A DNA stretch of 64,000 nt, from assembly GCF_037392515.1 (NCBI RefSeq), contig NC_090285.1, forward strand, positions 70,717,515-70,781,514, in the 5' to 3' direction. Both the position numbers and the translations under genes were made by a program. Below, in pieces: positions 1 to 11,563 of the stretch. This DNA is from Haliotis asinina. Taxonomy: Eukaryota. The first letter of the stretch is position 1. Each line of letters begins with the position of its first letter. The notes under the pieces were generated by a model. The model saw only the letters and a program-made list of their open reading frames with translations, searched no databases and had not been told where the DNA came from.

Positions 1-3000
1 TATCAGGTCAGTTTCCAGTCATGATATGTTGATTCCCATTCATTTCTTTAAACAACCATACATGGCTGTTTTACAAAAGTCATGTGGCAGCTTCAGAGCA
101 TCCTGTCTGCAGCGTATGTGGTCTATATGTATACATGATGCATCAGTATTCAGGACATCCTTCTTATCTACCACAAGGATGTTGTTCCATGACAATGCAC
201 ACTGCTCTTGTCCCGGTAGATAACTTAGGCTTAAAGGAAATCCTGAACATATAACAAAGAAATGCCTGCATCAAGGACATGAAATATGCAAACAACAAAG
301 AAATACCTGCATCAAGGAAATGCCTGCATCATGAAATATGCATCTGTGATTTGGGGAGTTATAACCAGGGTATTTGAAACTTCAAATACATTTGGTAAAT
401 ACTTAAGGAAAATTTGAAGGCCAGTTGAGAAGGTTCAATGTACTGGGAAAGTGCAAGGACCAGAGTTACCAAATTCATTTCAATTCATTTCTATTGTATA
501 CAACAAATCTAATAAGAAAGATGGGTGGAATATGTGGATCGGGTGACTCAGACACCATTCAGGAAACTACTGACAATTAAGATTACTAAGAATCAGAAAT
601 GGTACACACGTAATGGTTTGATCAAACATTTCTGGTGACATCCAGTCTGGAATTTTATTTGGTTGAATGCTTCATAAACAAACCCAGTCACTTCTATGCG
701 AGACGGTTCGCGCAGTTTCGAAGAAAGTAAACATGTTTCAACACAATAACAAACCAGTGTGCGTTGGTGTGCATGGAAAGCTGCATATATATTATGAATC
801 TACGATGAATGAGCTTTCAGAAAATACTAAATATAAGTTTCTGAAAAATATGTACATAGGTGAAATTCTCTGTTTATCGTCAATTTTTGCTCAAATTGTG
901 CATATTTTTGTCATTTTTTGACAATTTAATTTCCTCTTTTTATGCTTCTCATACACGTCATCCAATAACTTGACCATCAGTCAACAACTGTAGCAAATTT
1001 TGTTTAATTATTTTAATAAATAACACTTTTAGAAGCGTTTTTGTGTGACATGCAGAATTTCCCTGTCTGTGATCAGGCAGTCACGTTTATGAGTGACCCC
1101 CTCTCAGGCAGTCACTTGTACACGTAACAGGAGACCGTCTTGCGTACGCGTTACGTCCTCTACTGATAAATGACTTAAGCTCACTAATCATGCTAATGAG
1201 GTTAAATTGTCATAGAAGAATTGATGTACCAGTAAGTTTGGAAGAGAGGAAATGATTGTAATTAGTGGTACAGCTGGGATATGGGTGATTTAAGCATGAC
1301 AGGACATTATTTTAGGTTGAGGAGTCAAAATTGTCATGAGTTCTAATGTGCTAGTTGTCTGGTCAGTGGTGGGCCCAGGACTCTGGGCCCTGGGAAGTGC
1401 AGCTAGTTAATGTTGCTTTCTCATCCTTACAAGGTACCAATTTCCAGCTGGGTGGACTGGTACACATAGTCAGAATACTTAATTCCAGTTTACTGCGTGT
1501 TGCTGTACCTGCAACTAGATGTTTGCACGTATTCATGTGGTCACCATCTGGTCATCTACCAATGGATTCATAGGTTCTTGTAAATGCACAGGGTTGTGTA
1601 TTGATGACTGGCAATGTGTAATCATAACGAGGAAAGAGTTTGCCTTCCAAAGTCTTAGGTTTTTACACCAATGGGCTTGATCCCCACACCTCAAAGCTTG
1701 CTGAATAAAGTGCATTAATGGTCTGGCACCTTAGACTGCCCTGTCAGAGATGCAATCAGAGCATGCTACATGTAACTAAAACTTAGTGGTGGTTAAAACC
1801 ATTTCAGATTGTGTGAGAAATTACATAGGCCCCATTAAATACAATAACATGATTGACTTTAGTGCAGCGTCTGTTCATTGGAATTATGGACAACCTATTG
1901 GCGTGGGCAGAGGAAAACAGCATGACTGGATTGTCATCAAGGTTGTCAACAGGGCAGATCGGATAGGACCTTAATTCTCTTGAACCGAATTCTTGCAAAC
2001 AAGCGGATTGCTGTTTAAAAGAATACCATCGCGAGGATCGCGTATATGCCAAGACGTTTATCTGACATGTTGTAAGCATGTGGACACTGACGCAATTTTC
2101 CGAAAGATGTAAGCCTCAGCATGTGTAATATTTTATATCTCCTGAGCACGGTACTGACAAATGGAAAAGATAACTTAAAGGCGTCACAAACTACAACCAC
2201 AAACATTCACCTGCTCAAGTATGTACAGAAGTCCGTCTTTTGTTAGTAATTCAGGATGAAGCCAGTCGATATCAACATGCTTCGAGTCCGAAGAAGACGC
2301 CATTTTGGAAAATACAAGACGCAGTAAATGGCTTCCTTTTATTTCATTGGTTTATATATGTAAACTCCTTGCCGACATTTGGATGGCCTTAGAGGGCTCG
2401 GTTATCTCCTAAAACGCAACCGAATACAATGTTGGTGCTGTAGTAGAGTATGTGTTGACTATATTTCTAAATATAGCTTGTTTACTCATGAATCGCTCAG
2501 TAAGTGGTGCATTTGGATGCCGTTGTTTGATGAAAGAAATTAAGTTCTAACTTGTTCATCACGGAGAAAGGTATTATTCATGACTTAGTAATAACAGATT
2601 TCTTTTGTAGCACATGACATTATTGATGTCAGGATATAGGCGAGTTTCAGTGACAGCATTGGTATTGAATTCCCTTCCGGGACAACAGTTAAATGTGTAA
2701 GAAAAATGCTGACAGTTCATTTTGGTACGTGTTGCCATGAAAACGTATATTTAACATCCTCTATAGTTTGAAACTGTGATAAACAGTTAGGTCCCCTTCG
2801 ATAAAAGTTCAAACATGTCCTCCCAAAAACCACCACCCACCCAACCCGGATGCTGATTATCTCATGATACAGAAAGGTAGATATGCGGCGGTGTAACTGA
2901 ATTCTACTCACTCACACATAACGCATCTCATATCTTTCAACTGAGCGCATTACAACGAGCATTATATATTCAGCAATGCTGTATCTCTACTGACTGAAAT

Positions 3001-3211
3001 TATCTAAACTTGAATCAATCCACTGATGATGGAAAATGTTTCAGTCTCAAGTATTTAAAGGGGCACTGATGTGCAGCCAATGATGTTTCAACAGTCTAAT
3101 TACGAAATCAAACTGCAAATTGGTCAGCGCCCGCTCCTTCGACCGTGACGGACAAAGGAACTGGGCTCCTGTCCATATTAGCAGAATTTCTTCGCCCAAA
3201 AGAGTCAGGAG

Positions 3212-3216
3212 GCCGG
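3212..3216. repeat. Target-site duplication GCCGG, left copy
   Basis: The 5 bp immediately outside the LTR are identical to 7918-7922. Confidence 0.75.
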
Positions 3217-3346
3217 TGTAAGATAACCAACTATGGCGGGCGGGAGCACATGTCTGTTTATTTCAGGTTAGCCGCTTACAACATAATAAATGGAATGTCG
3301 CTTGGGACATAAATAAAAGAATGCCGCTTAAGGCAATTACGTTACA
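3217..3346 (-). repeat. 3' LTR of the gypsy element (130 bp; carries a 13-bp insertion aatgccgcttaag relative to the 5' LTR)
   Basis: Matches 7801-7917 with about 2 substitutions plus one 13-bp indel. TG...CA termini. Contains an AATAAA-like motif. Confidence 0.8.
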
Positions 3347-3357
3347 TCTCCCTCCTT
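3347..3357 (-). promoter_or_regulatory. Polypurine tract (plus-strand primer site) of the retrotransposon
   Basis: Element-sense sequence AAGGAGGGAGA lies immediately upstream of the 3' LTR. Confidence 0.6.
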
Positions 3358-3637
3358 AAGATTAAGAGTCCATGAATGAGGGATAAGATTATAGCACTGG
3401 TAGCGTAAATGTGAAATGTCACTGAAAGTTACGTATACGGCAAAAGTCTTTTTTTTTTTTTTTTTTTTTTTCAGAGCACAGAGTTCACGATGATGATAGC
3501 TATATAAAACGCATAGACAAACTAAATTTGGCACAAGCATTTCTTTGGCACTGCGAAACAAATTAAAGTCTTTCAGGAGAAACCTAACTACTATTAACGT
3601 TGAACTTAACGTATGACCCTAGCACTTTAAGAGTCAT

Positions 3638-4267
3638 TCACAGATCGAGCCTGCTGGGTGGTGCTACACGTCTGCCTGATCTGGTGGTGACAGTCGGATT
3701 GGCTGCCGGGGTGGTGGTGACTGGGCTGCTGACGTCTCTGCGAGGTGAAGGTAGTGCACCATGTTGCACAGAGTATGGTTCGGCGAGCGGCGGTGGTGGT
3801 GTGACGTTTGGGGTGAACTGCATTTCTCCAAGTTGTCGGCTGGGCTGACTGCTCGTGTTTGCTGGAATTGTGACTTTCCTGAGAAACTTGTGGTTCCGCC
3901 TGTAAGTCCCGACATCAGTGGTGACGTGATACGATCTGGGTTTGGAGTGGTGACTCTGGATTACTCCGGGCTTCCATGACTTTCCAGTGTCAACTGGAGC
4001 GAGTCTAACTTGGTCTCCTGGCTGAAGCTCTGGGAGGGGTTTAGCACTCTTCTTAGCATCGTGGTAGAACTTTTGCTTTTGCTTCTCAAGAGTCAAGTGG
4101 CGTTTGGTCTCTTGCCTGTTGTAAGGTTGAGGAATGAGTATCTCACGTGCTGCAGGAAGTGTGTTTTCCTGCTCATTAGTAGCTGGGTCGGAGACAGGTT
4201 GATTCCTTCCAGAGGGGTTGTCCTGTAGTCGAGGAGTGCCAGGTACTTGTCTTCGCTCTTCCTCCAC
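3638..4267 (-). CDS. Integrase C-terminal region of the retrotransposon (post-frameshift frame), with a Pro-rich tail
   Basis: ORF contains ...QKQKFYHDAKKSAKPLPELQPGDQVRL..., the conserved integrase C-terminal GD.V.L region. It overlaps the upstream IN ORF at 4093-4267 in a different frame, implying a single frameshift near 4100-4150. No chromodomain is evident. Confidence 0.6.
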   Translation of the reverse strand: MEEERRQVPGTPRLQDNPSGRNQPVSDPATNEQENTLPAAREILIPQPYNRQETKRHLTLEKQKQKFYHDAKKSAKPLPELQPGDQVRLAPVDTGKSWKPGVIQSHHSKPRSYHVTTDVGTYRRNHKFLRKVTIPANTSSQPSRQLGEMQFTPNVTPPPPLAEPYSVQHGALPSPRRDVSSPVTTTPAANPTVTTRSGRRVAPPSRLDL

Positions 4268-5148
4268 ATATTTTTGACTGTTTGGACTGCCCTTTCAGCT
4301 TCCCCGTTGGAACTTTGGAAGTGTGGACTTGACGTTTCGTGTAGAATATCATAGGACTTACAGAAGTTGCTGAACTCTGCACAATCAAACTGTGGACCGT
4401 TGTCTGTTCTCAGTTTGCTCGGTATTCCGTGGATGCTGAACACCGATTTCATAGCTTCAATGGTGGATGATGCAGTAAGAGACTTGACCTCTATGGCATC
4501 GATGTACTTGGAATAATAGTCGACGAGGACCAGGTATTTTCGGCCCTGGAAGTCGAATAGATCACTCCCAACCATCTGGTAAGGTAAGTCTGGTGGTGGA
4601 GTAGGTTGGAGGGGCTCACTTTGTTGTCTCCTTGAGTATTCAGCACACTTGTCACAGTCTCTGATGGCTTGTTCTGTCTCGTCGTTCATACATGGCCAAT
4701 ACATCACTTCACGAGCTCTCTGTTTGCTCTTCACCATTCCCAGATGGGACTCATGGATGATGTTGATCATGTGTCTGCGTAGAGTAGGTGGTATGACAAT
4801 GCGCAAGCCCTTGTAAATGATGCCATCTGCTACTGAGAGTTGCTCACGTGAATCCCAGTATGGACGGGCTTCAATTGGGACGTTTCTTCTGTCGTCTGGC
4901 CATCCATTTAGGACAACTTCTGTCACATACTTGAGCTCTTTAAGTGTGAGGTCTCTGATTTCTTCATATCTGTCTGGAGTGATATCCAACATGTGGACTC
5001 TGTCCGAATCCAAGACTTCAGAGCTAGTGTGAGCTGTGTTCAAATATGCTCTAGACAAAGCATCAGCTGCCTGCATGTCAGAGCCTTTCCTGTAATTCAC
5101 TACAAGATCATAGGATTGCAGCTTTAACAACATCCGCTGCAGTCTCAT
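4093..5148 (-). CDS. RNase H C-terminus plus integrase (HHCC zinc finger and DDE core) of the retrotransposon
   Basis: The 351-aa ORF contains ADALSRAYL (the RNase H/IN junction motif), HESHLG...CDKCAEY (HHCC), and DLFDF / TDNGPQF / SNGEAER (D,D,E). It is in the same frame as the upstream pol ORF, separated from it only by one stop codon at 5173-5175. Confidence 0.8.
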   Translation of the reverse strand: MRLQRMLLKLQSYDLVVNYRKGSDMQAADALSRAYLNTAHTSSEVLDSDRVHMLDITPDRYEEIRDLTLKELKYVTEVVLNGWPDDRRNVPIEARPYWDSREQLSVADGIIYKGLRIVIPPTLRRHMINIIHESHLGMVKSKQRAREVMYWPCMNDETEQAIRDCDKCAEYSRRQQSEPLQPTPPPDLPYQMVGSDLFDFQGRKYLVLVDYYSKYIDAIEVKSLTASSTIEAMKSVFSIHGIPSKLRTDNGPQFDCAEFSNFCKSYDILHETSSPHFQSSNGEAERAVQTVKNMWRKSEDKYLALLDYRTTPLEGINLSPTQLLMSRKTHFLQHVRYSFLNLTTGKRPNAT

Positions 5149-5172
5149 GGGTGCAGAGAGGATTGGTTTCTT

Positions 5173-7473
5173 TCAAATGATCTCTAGGGGCTTGTGGTCA
5201 TTATACACAACAGTCTCTTTCCCAAAGATGTAGCAATGAAACTTGCTGGCTGCGTACACAATTGACAACATCTCTTTTTCAATTTGCACGTAGCGCTTTT
5301 CTGTCTCTGTAAGTGACCTTGAGGTGAATGCAACTGGTCTGGAATTCTGAATCAGGACTGCTCCCAAGCCTGACTGTGATGCGTCACACTGGATTTCAAC
5401 AGGTTGGTTGACATCGAAGAGAGCGAGTACTGGTTGTGAGCTGCACATCTTCTTCAGCTTGTCAAAGCTGTCTTGCTGTTCATGGTCCCAGTGAAACATG
5501 ACATCTGATTTCAGTAGGATTCGTAGAGGCGCATCAACTTTGCTGAGATCTGGAAGGAACTTTGCTAGGTACTGGACAAGTCCTAGTAGTCTTCGGACTC
5601 CTTCTTTGTCCTCGGGTGCAGGCATTTCAGTAATTGCCTGTACTTTTGCTGGGTCTGGTCTCAAGCCCTCAGCAGACACAATGTGTCCGACGTAGTGGAC
5701 TTCCGATTTCCGGATAGAGCATTTGTCAAAGTTTAGCTTGAGATTGTATCTGGTTGCTCGCTCTACAACTTGTTTCAGAATTTCATTGTGCTGAGCTGTG
5801 TCAACTCCTGCGATGAGGATATCATCCATAATAGCAGCTGCACCATTGATGCCTTCAAGCATCTGATCCATAATCCGTTGATAAATCTCGGGGGCGGACT
5901 TGATACCAAACGGTAGTCTGAGCCAACGATACCTTCCGATGGGAGTATTGAATGTTGTTAGGTATGATGACTTCTTGTCGAGCTTGATCTGTAGAAACCC
6001 TGATTTGGCGTCAAGAGTTGAGAATACCTTGGTCCCAGGAATATTAGCTACGACCTCTTCTATGGTCTTAAGGGGATGATGCTCTCTCAAGATGGCTTTA
6101 TTCAAGTCCTTTGGATCGATGCATATTCTGATTTTGTCCTTTCGGATGGAGACCACCATGGAACTGACCCACTCTGTGGGTTCTTCAACCTTGACGATGT
6201 AGCCATTTTCTTCCATCTCATGGAGTTTTTCCATGATCTTTGGTTTCAGGGCTGCTGGTTGTCTACGAGGAGGGTGAACAACTCCCCTTGCGTCTGGATC
6301 AAGCTTTATACAGTACTCTCCTGGGAGGGTCCCTGTTGTTTTCACGAGTTCCGGGAAATCCGCAAATTGTTTAACGGATTCTGAGCTGTCACTTGTCAGA
6401 TTCACTCGAGCTATGAGTCCTAGCTTTTCAGACGTGTCTCCACTGATCACGTTTTCTTGGTCAATATCAATGATGAGGAAAGTGACGGGTATAGTTTTAC
6501 CTTCGTACTTCACAGGTAGCTGAACAGCTCCTTCTGGATATATCTTGTGGTTAGAATAGGACCGGAGGACTCTTGATGACTTGGCTAATTCACACTGGAT
6601 ATTGATTTTGTCAAAACATGTTTTCACAATGATATTACACTTGGCACCCGTGTCAATACGAACTGTTGCTGGTTTGTCGCTGATTTGTACTGTTTCAATC
6701 CACTTGTCATCACTGTCTTTTTCTTGCTTATGCTGAAGAGAATGAATTTGCAGAAGGTCGTCCTCAGATTCGCTGTCGAACTCGTTGTCGTCATCTGATT
6801 GAGCTTCTTGTAAAGTGTGAACTTGTTTGCGTTTTCTCTTTGTGCACACCTGGATCCAATGGTTTGGCTTTTTACAGTAGTTGCATATAGTGTTTTTGGC
6901 TGGACACTTCCCATCAGTGTGTGCTTTGCTTATTTCTAGACCACACTTGCCACAGGTCCCTTGATCACTGTTTGTTTTAGAGTTCTTGTTTGGATCTTGA
7001 TGCTGTTTCCTCTCGGATTTTCTACTGTTACATTTGTGTGGCTTGTGTCTTGTGTCTTTAAGAGACGAAACTTTCTGATCTTCTCCTCTAATCATAGTGA
7101 GGTGCATTTGAGATACTTCAAATTGCCTACCAATGTCTAGGGCTTTTGCAAGTGTCAAATCTTGACCCTGGTCTAACAGACGTTCTTGAATTTTGGAATG
7201 AGAAACTCCTGCAATAATACTGTCAATTAAGATGTCATCTGGATTTCCATAATCACAGTCCATGAGAATTAACTTAAGGTCCTTCACAAAATTGTCAAAA
7301 TTCTCACCGACTTTTTGTTTCCTTTCTCTCAGCTTGAATCTTGCAATTCTCTTGTTTTTCCTTGGTCTGACATACGTTTCTAACTTGTTCATGATTACGT
7401 TTGGGTTGTCTTCCTCCCCTTCTTCCCATCTTAAAGTTTTATACACTTCACGGCCCTGTCGGCCGATCCACAT
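5173..7473 (-). CDS. Gag (capsid fragment plus zinc knuckle), aspartic protease, reverse transcriptase and N-terminal RNase H polyprotein of the retrotransposon
   Basis: The 766-aa ORF carries a CX2CX4HX4C knuckle (about 6844-6885), protease IDTGA (6646-6654), RT motifs LDAKSGFLQIKLD and IMDDILIAG (5821-5829), and RNase H ...VYNDHKPLEII followed by a stop that is in frame with the next ORF. Confidence 0.85.
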   Translation of the reverse strand: MWIGRQGREVYKTLRWEEGEEDNPNVIMNKLETYVRPRKNKRIARFKLRERKQKVGENFDNFVKDLKLILMDCDYGNPDDILIDSIIAGVSHSKIQERLLDQGQDLTLAKALDIGRQFEVSQMHLTMIRGEDQKVSSLKDTRHKPHKCNSRKSERKQHQDPNKNSKTNSDQGTCGKCGLEISKAHTDGKCPAKNTICNYCKKPNHWIQVCTKRKRKQVHTLQEAQSDDDNEFDSESEDDLLQIHSLQHKQEKDSDDKWIETVQISDKPATVRIDTGAKCNIIVKTCFDKINIQCELAKSSRVLRSYSNHKIYPEGAVQLPVKYEGKTIPVTFLIIDIDQENVISGDTSEKLGLIARVNLTSDSSESVKQFADFPELVKTTGTLPGEYCIKLDPDARGVVHPPRRQPAALKPKIMEKLHEMEENGYIVKVEEPTEWVSSMVVSIRKDKIRICIDPKDLNKAILREHHPLKTIEEVVANIPGTKVFSTLDAKSGFLQIKLDKKSSYLTTFNTPIGRYRWLRLPFGIKSAPEIYQRIMDQMLEGINGAAAIMDDILIAGVDTAQHNEILKQVVERATRYNLKLNFDKCSIRKSEVHYVGHIVSAEGLRPDPAKVQAITEMPAPEDKEGVRRLLGLVQYLAKFLPDLSKVDAPLRILLKSDVMFHWDHEQQDSFDKLKKMCSSQPVLALFDVNQPVEIQCDASQSGLGAVLIQNSRPVAFTSRSLTETEKRYVQIEKEMLSIVYAASKFHCYIFGKETVVYNDHKPLEII

Positions 7474-7782
7474 ACCTAGCCAGCCCGAACGATCTTTATC
7501 GTTTGCTTCTCACTGTGGGCCTTTAAAAATAAAAGTCACATGTTGTTTGAATCTCTGAAATTCCTCGAAAAGATCTGGAGCATTCCAATCGAGTGTAGGG
7601 TGATCAAAATGCATACTAGACGCCATGTTTGACGTTTTACCGACTTGTACTTGAAAATGTTCAAAACAAGTATTTCTGAAGTGTTGTGGATTGCAAAGTC
7701 AATTACCGATACACAATGAATTCCTGTAATCTTTGTAACGATGTCAAATGTCTGACAGCTTTTCATTGGGTATTTTTCCGAT

Positions 7783-7800
7783 TAACCGCTTCTGACACCA
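7783..7800 (-). other. Primer-binding site of the retrotransposon (tRNA-complementary, begins TGG)
   Basis: The complement reads TGGTGTCAGAAGCGGTTA directly after the ...CA end of the 5' LTR. The cognate tRNA was not identified. Confidence 0.55.
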
Positions 7801-7917
7801 TGTAAGATAACCAACTATGGCGGGCGGGAGCACATGTCTGTTTATTTCCGGTTAGCCGCTTACAACATAATAAATGGAATGTCGCTTGGGACATAAATAA
7901 AAGGCAATTACATTACA
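7801..7917 (-). repeat. 5' LTR of the gypsy element (117 bp)
   Basis: Near-identical to 3217-3346 with TG...CA termini. It is followed on the plus strand by GCCGG. Confidence 0.8.
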
Positions 7918-7922
7918 GCCGG
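7918..7922. repeat. Target-site duplication GCCGG, right copy
   Basis: Identical to 3212-3216. Confidence 0.75.
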
Positions 7923-8582
7923 ATGCCCATCATATGCCATTATTTAAAAATATCCATGGTATTCCTTGTCTGATCGTAACAAAATATCCCAGCAGTGTAG
8001 TTTGTTTCGGATGCTTGGATGGTATAGTTACTCAATTTGATCCTATTTCTGTGTTTTTAACCTCGATATTTAATCATGTTACATGAAAATATGATGTCTA
8101 CAGGCACGTAGCAAGCCATTTGTTTCCCTCCGGAAGATTGCAAAGCTTTATATTTAAGTAATTTTGAGTGTTGGTTCAGCTGTGATAGCAAATATCATAC
8201 GTAAAAATTTGGTAGCTATGGTAGCTACAATGGTTTATTATTTATGATAATAAAAACACACAGTTGATTTATTTGAATTCGTAAACAATAAACGATGACT
8301 TTGCCTTCGGTAGAGAAATCTGAAAATTTTCTAATGTAAAAAACCCTTATTTCACCTATTTACCCAAGTACACAGCAAATGCCTGTATGTATTCCTTATG
8401 TAAAGAAATTCCGTTGGTATCCTCAAAACACTTTCGGCCCATAAGTGTTTTCAGGCTGCATGCGACACAGAGATTACATCTTCCTTGCTGTAACTCGCGT
8501 TTGATGGTGTAAACCTACACGTGTTATTTGTCATCATTCTCTGGATGGTCAATTAATGAATTCATAACAGGTATAAGTAACA

Positions 8583-8776
8583 CCACTTTGGTTACTCAAC
8601 AAAGGTTCCCATTTGGCATTTCTCCTGTCTGGAGTAAATACTCAACATTATAAATTAAGGTCTGTAATGGTATAATTAGTAGTAATACCACTTTGGTTAC
8701 TCGACAAAGGTTCCCATTTGGCATTTCTCCTGTCTGGAGTAAATACTCAACATTATAAATTAAGGTCTGTAATGGC
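8583..8776. repeat. Tandem duplication, 2 copies of about 106 bp
   Basis: caccactttggttactc.acaaaggttcccatttggcatttctcctgtctggagtaaatactcaacattataaattaaggtctgtaatgg occurs twice. Confidence 0.7.
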
Positions 8777-11563
8777 AAATATATTGTATGTTATGTAATA
8801 TGTGCATGTAAGTGATGCAAGAGGGTTTATCAGCTGAGTTACAAAAACAAACATCGATCAAAGGATTAACTGATAACACACTGATTGATTAATTACTTTT
8901 ATCTTCTGGCAGATTTGTCAAAAGGCAGTGTGTGTAGATGACTACACCCTGTCGTAAAGTGTGAGTGCAAAAACAACATCCTCCCTTCAAAGAATTAACC
9001 ACCCTTGCGTTGATTGATTGATTGCTCATTATTGGTTAACTAAATTACTTCGAATAGCGGACATCATACAGTTAGTTGCCAGGTGTGCTATCTTGGGAGA
9101 CCAATGAGGTGTTTATCTGGGTTTCACCAACGAAAGACGTGAAACGATGTGTTACTTTTTCGCAAACTGGACAGTTGTAAGACACGCGACACAGAGCAGG
9201 ATTATTTACCAGCTGCAGATGAATGGAATACAATTTCTTTTACGTGGATATTGATGGATACATTCCTGAACAAGGTAATAGCCTGACATTGTTGCTATAA
9301 AATTAGTCTATTTTACATTCATTATTTGCATTTTGTTTTAATCTATTTGTTGTAGCATTCAGCAGAATCTGTATGACAGAAAACACACACTAGATCGTGT
9401 ATGTGTGTGAAATAGGATCCACATCGACAATCTATACAATGTATAAATGTTGCTGTTATGTTAGAAATTTACTATAAGTATAAGCAGATCGCATGTTCTT
9501 TTATTAATTTTCAGAATCATATCAATATGACAATAAACTAATTAGGGTTATGAGACAAAATATAGAGACGTACATTGGCTTCGTTATTTTTCCGTCCTAA
9601 TTGTTTTTTACCATTTCTACCACTGGCAGATGATTAACCTTCAAAGTGTTTCATTTGTTTTCATAATACATTTGTAATGAAGTAAAAATGACTTCACCTA
9701 AGTTGATCTGTCTATAATTAAACTATCAATTGCGCTTACAGACTGCGCAGCAGAGGTTATGAACCATATCATCCGGGTACTCACGGGAGAAAAACAATAA
9801 CAAAAGTTTACACCAGTCCACGGAAATTGCTCCGCATCAGTGCCCCTTTAAGTCTTGACAGTTATCACCAACAGATCAGTATCTTTAGTGCTTAGTTCCA
9901 GTCAGTTACAGAGGTGGATTTTTTTCTTTGGTATTTGACTTCATTAAAAGACAGCAAAAGAAAATTCTTCACTGTTAATAACAAAAGAAAAACAAAATTA
10001 AGTTAACAGATAACGTTATGAACCCAGTAGTCTTTTGTAGACATAGCAGGGGGATATCACTTGATCAGTATGATAGTAGGTTCAAGTTTAAAAAAAAATC
10101 ATTGATTGTTCCATTCCCTATCAATCAACTGTAAAAAAAAAGATAATCAATTATTCAAAGTTACTTTATGATATAATTATTATTATTTCACAAAAGACAT
10201 GAGAAATTCTGAAATGGTGATAACTGATACAGTTGCAGACCTGTTTGTATGCAACGATTCCCTTCTGCCATATTATGTTTATCGACTCCAATGTGAAACA
10301 CCTGAAACAGACTTATGTGCTCATTTGAAAGAAACACATGGTAAAATATCCTGAAATGTTTTTGATATTTTTCTATGTTAAATTGATTCAAAAACACTTG
10401 ACAGCAGACAAGTATTTTATGATTTTAGATTTGTGATATTGTTCCTCTGTGTGGATATTTAGAGTTATCTTACCTCACACATGAATGTCGCTTTCTGATT
10501 GGGTAAGCTCTATTACTTTCAATGTACTCTTCTGGTGGTTCATGGCAGTACTTCTTTGTCTTGAATAACATTGAATCATGCATTAAGCACGGAAATTACT
10601 GATGTTTTGCGATTGAAAATTGATGGAAGGGAGATAACTCTAAATCTGTTTACCTAGAGTTGTCTGCAAAATGGCGCTTCGCCTCGCATTCAACAAAAGT
10701 GCTTCAAACAGTTTAAAATTAAAACTCAGGTGTTCTGTAAGATAGATGCATTGTTCACTGGTCCCTCAGGACCAGTGAACAACTTATAATGTACTCTTCA
10801 AACATTATTCCTTTTGTTTCATTCATTTGCTGTAGCAGGAATACCTGAAACTTCAATGGCTGCTGATCATGTTCCATGCTTAAAATTATTTGGCAGTACA
10901 GTTTTTCCAAAGTGGTAATATTTTATATAATGCCATGTAATATAACATTTTGAAGTGCAAGCAAACAATTCTATGGTATATTATTGGGTATTTTGTCGTT
11001 GAATTACAGGTAGAGTTTTGAAGAATAAACAAGGTTACAGCATAGTCTACAGTATCATACACACAGTAAACATCATATCTGTCAGTAAACATCGTATGGA
11101 TGTTAACCGGATTACACTTTTAAGGTTAAGTTTTGTATGCACTTATCCTCAACAAAACCATATATCAGTTCAGCTCTTACCTTCTGTTGAATATCGTTTG
11201 TAATGTTACAATTTCTCATTCTTTGATCTTGTGTCATGCATCCCAACAAGTACAGTGCTGAACAATAAGTAAATCATTGCCCATAACAAGCAAATTTATA
11301 CTCCGAGTGAAAACAGGTAATCAATATTTTCAACGTTTTCTAAGTTGGTGGGGTTTTTTTTGCCCTTTAAAACTAGCAAGTATTTAGGTGCTGTCTACAG
11401 ACACACATGATGATTCCTGTACAGCAGTGCCACGCCCTCTATGTGTGAACTACATCGTTGTGTGTTACCATTAGTGCACCCTCACTGTTCTCGTCCTTTG
11501 TTCTTGCCCTAGAGAGGATGTATAACGATGACTTTATTGATGTCTGCTTCAGCTGATGTCAAC

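Larger units (their letters stand above)
3217..7917 (-). mobile_element. Ty3/gypsy-type LTR retrotransposon, near full length (about 4.7 kb). Domain order is gag, protease, reverse transcriptase, RNase H, integrase.
   Basis: Direct repeats (LTRs) at 3217-3346 and 7801-7917 begin TG and end CA. An identical 5-bp flanking duplication GCCGG lies at 3212-3216 and 7918-7922. The complement of 7783-7800 reads TGGTGTCAGAAGCGG, a primer-binding site starting TGG immediately inside the 5' LTR. A polypurine tract AAGGAGGGAGA (complement of 3347-3357) abuts the 3' LTR. Minus-strand ORFs encode a zinc knuckle (CNYCKKPNHWIQVC), protease DTG (6646-6654), RT MDD (5821-5829), RNase H (DHKPL, ADALSR), integrase HHCC and a D,D,E core. 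Confidence 0.85.

Noticed and set aside
3449-3472. A 24-nt poly(T) (poly-A on the element strand) considered as the polypurine tract or poly(A) tail
   Set aside because: It lies about 100 bp inside the element, not adjacent to the LTR. The true polypurine tract AAGGAGGGAGA abuts the 3' LTR at 3347-3357. It is probably a simple homopolymer in the 3' UTR of the element.
3600-3979. + strand ORFs (72-82 aa) overlapping the retrotransposon 3' end
   Set aside because: They are antisense to the integrase C-terminal coding region. Gly/Val-rich translation is typical of the reverse strand of Pro-rich coding sequence.
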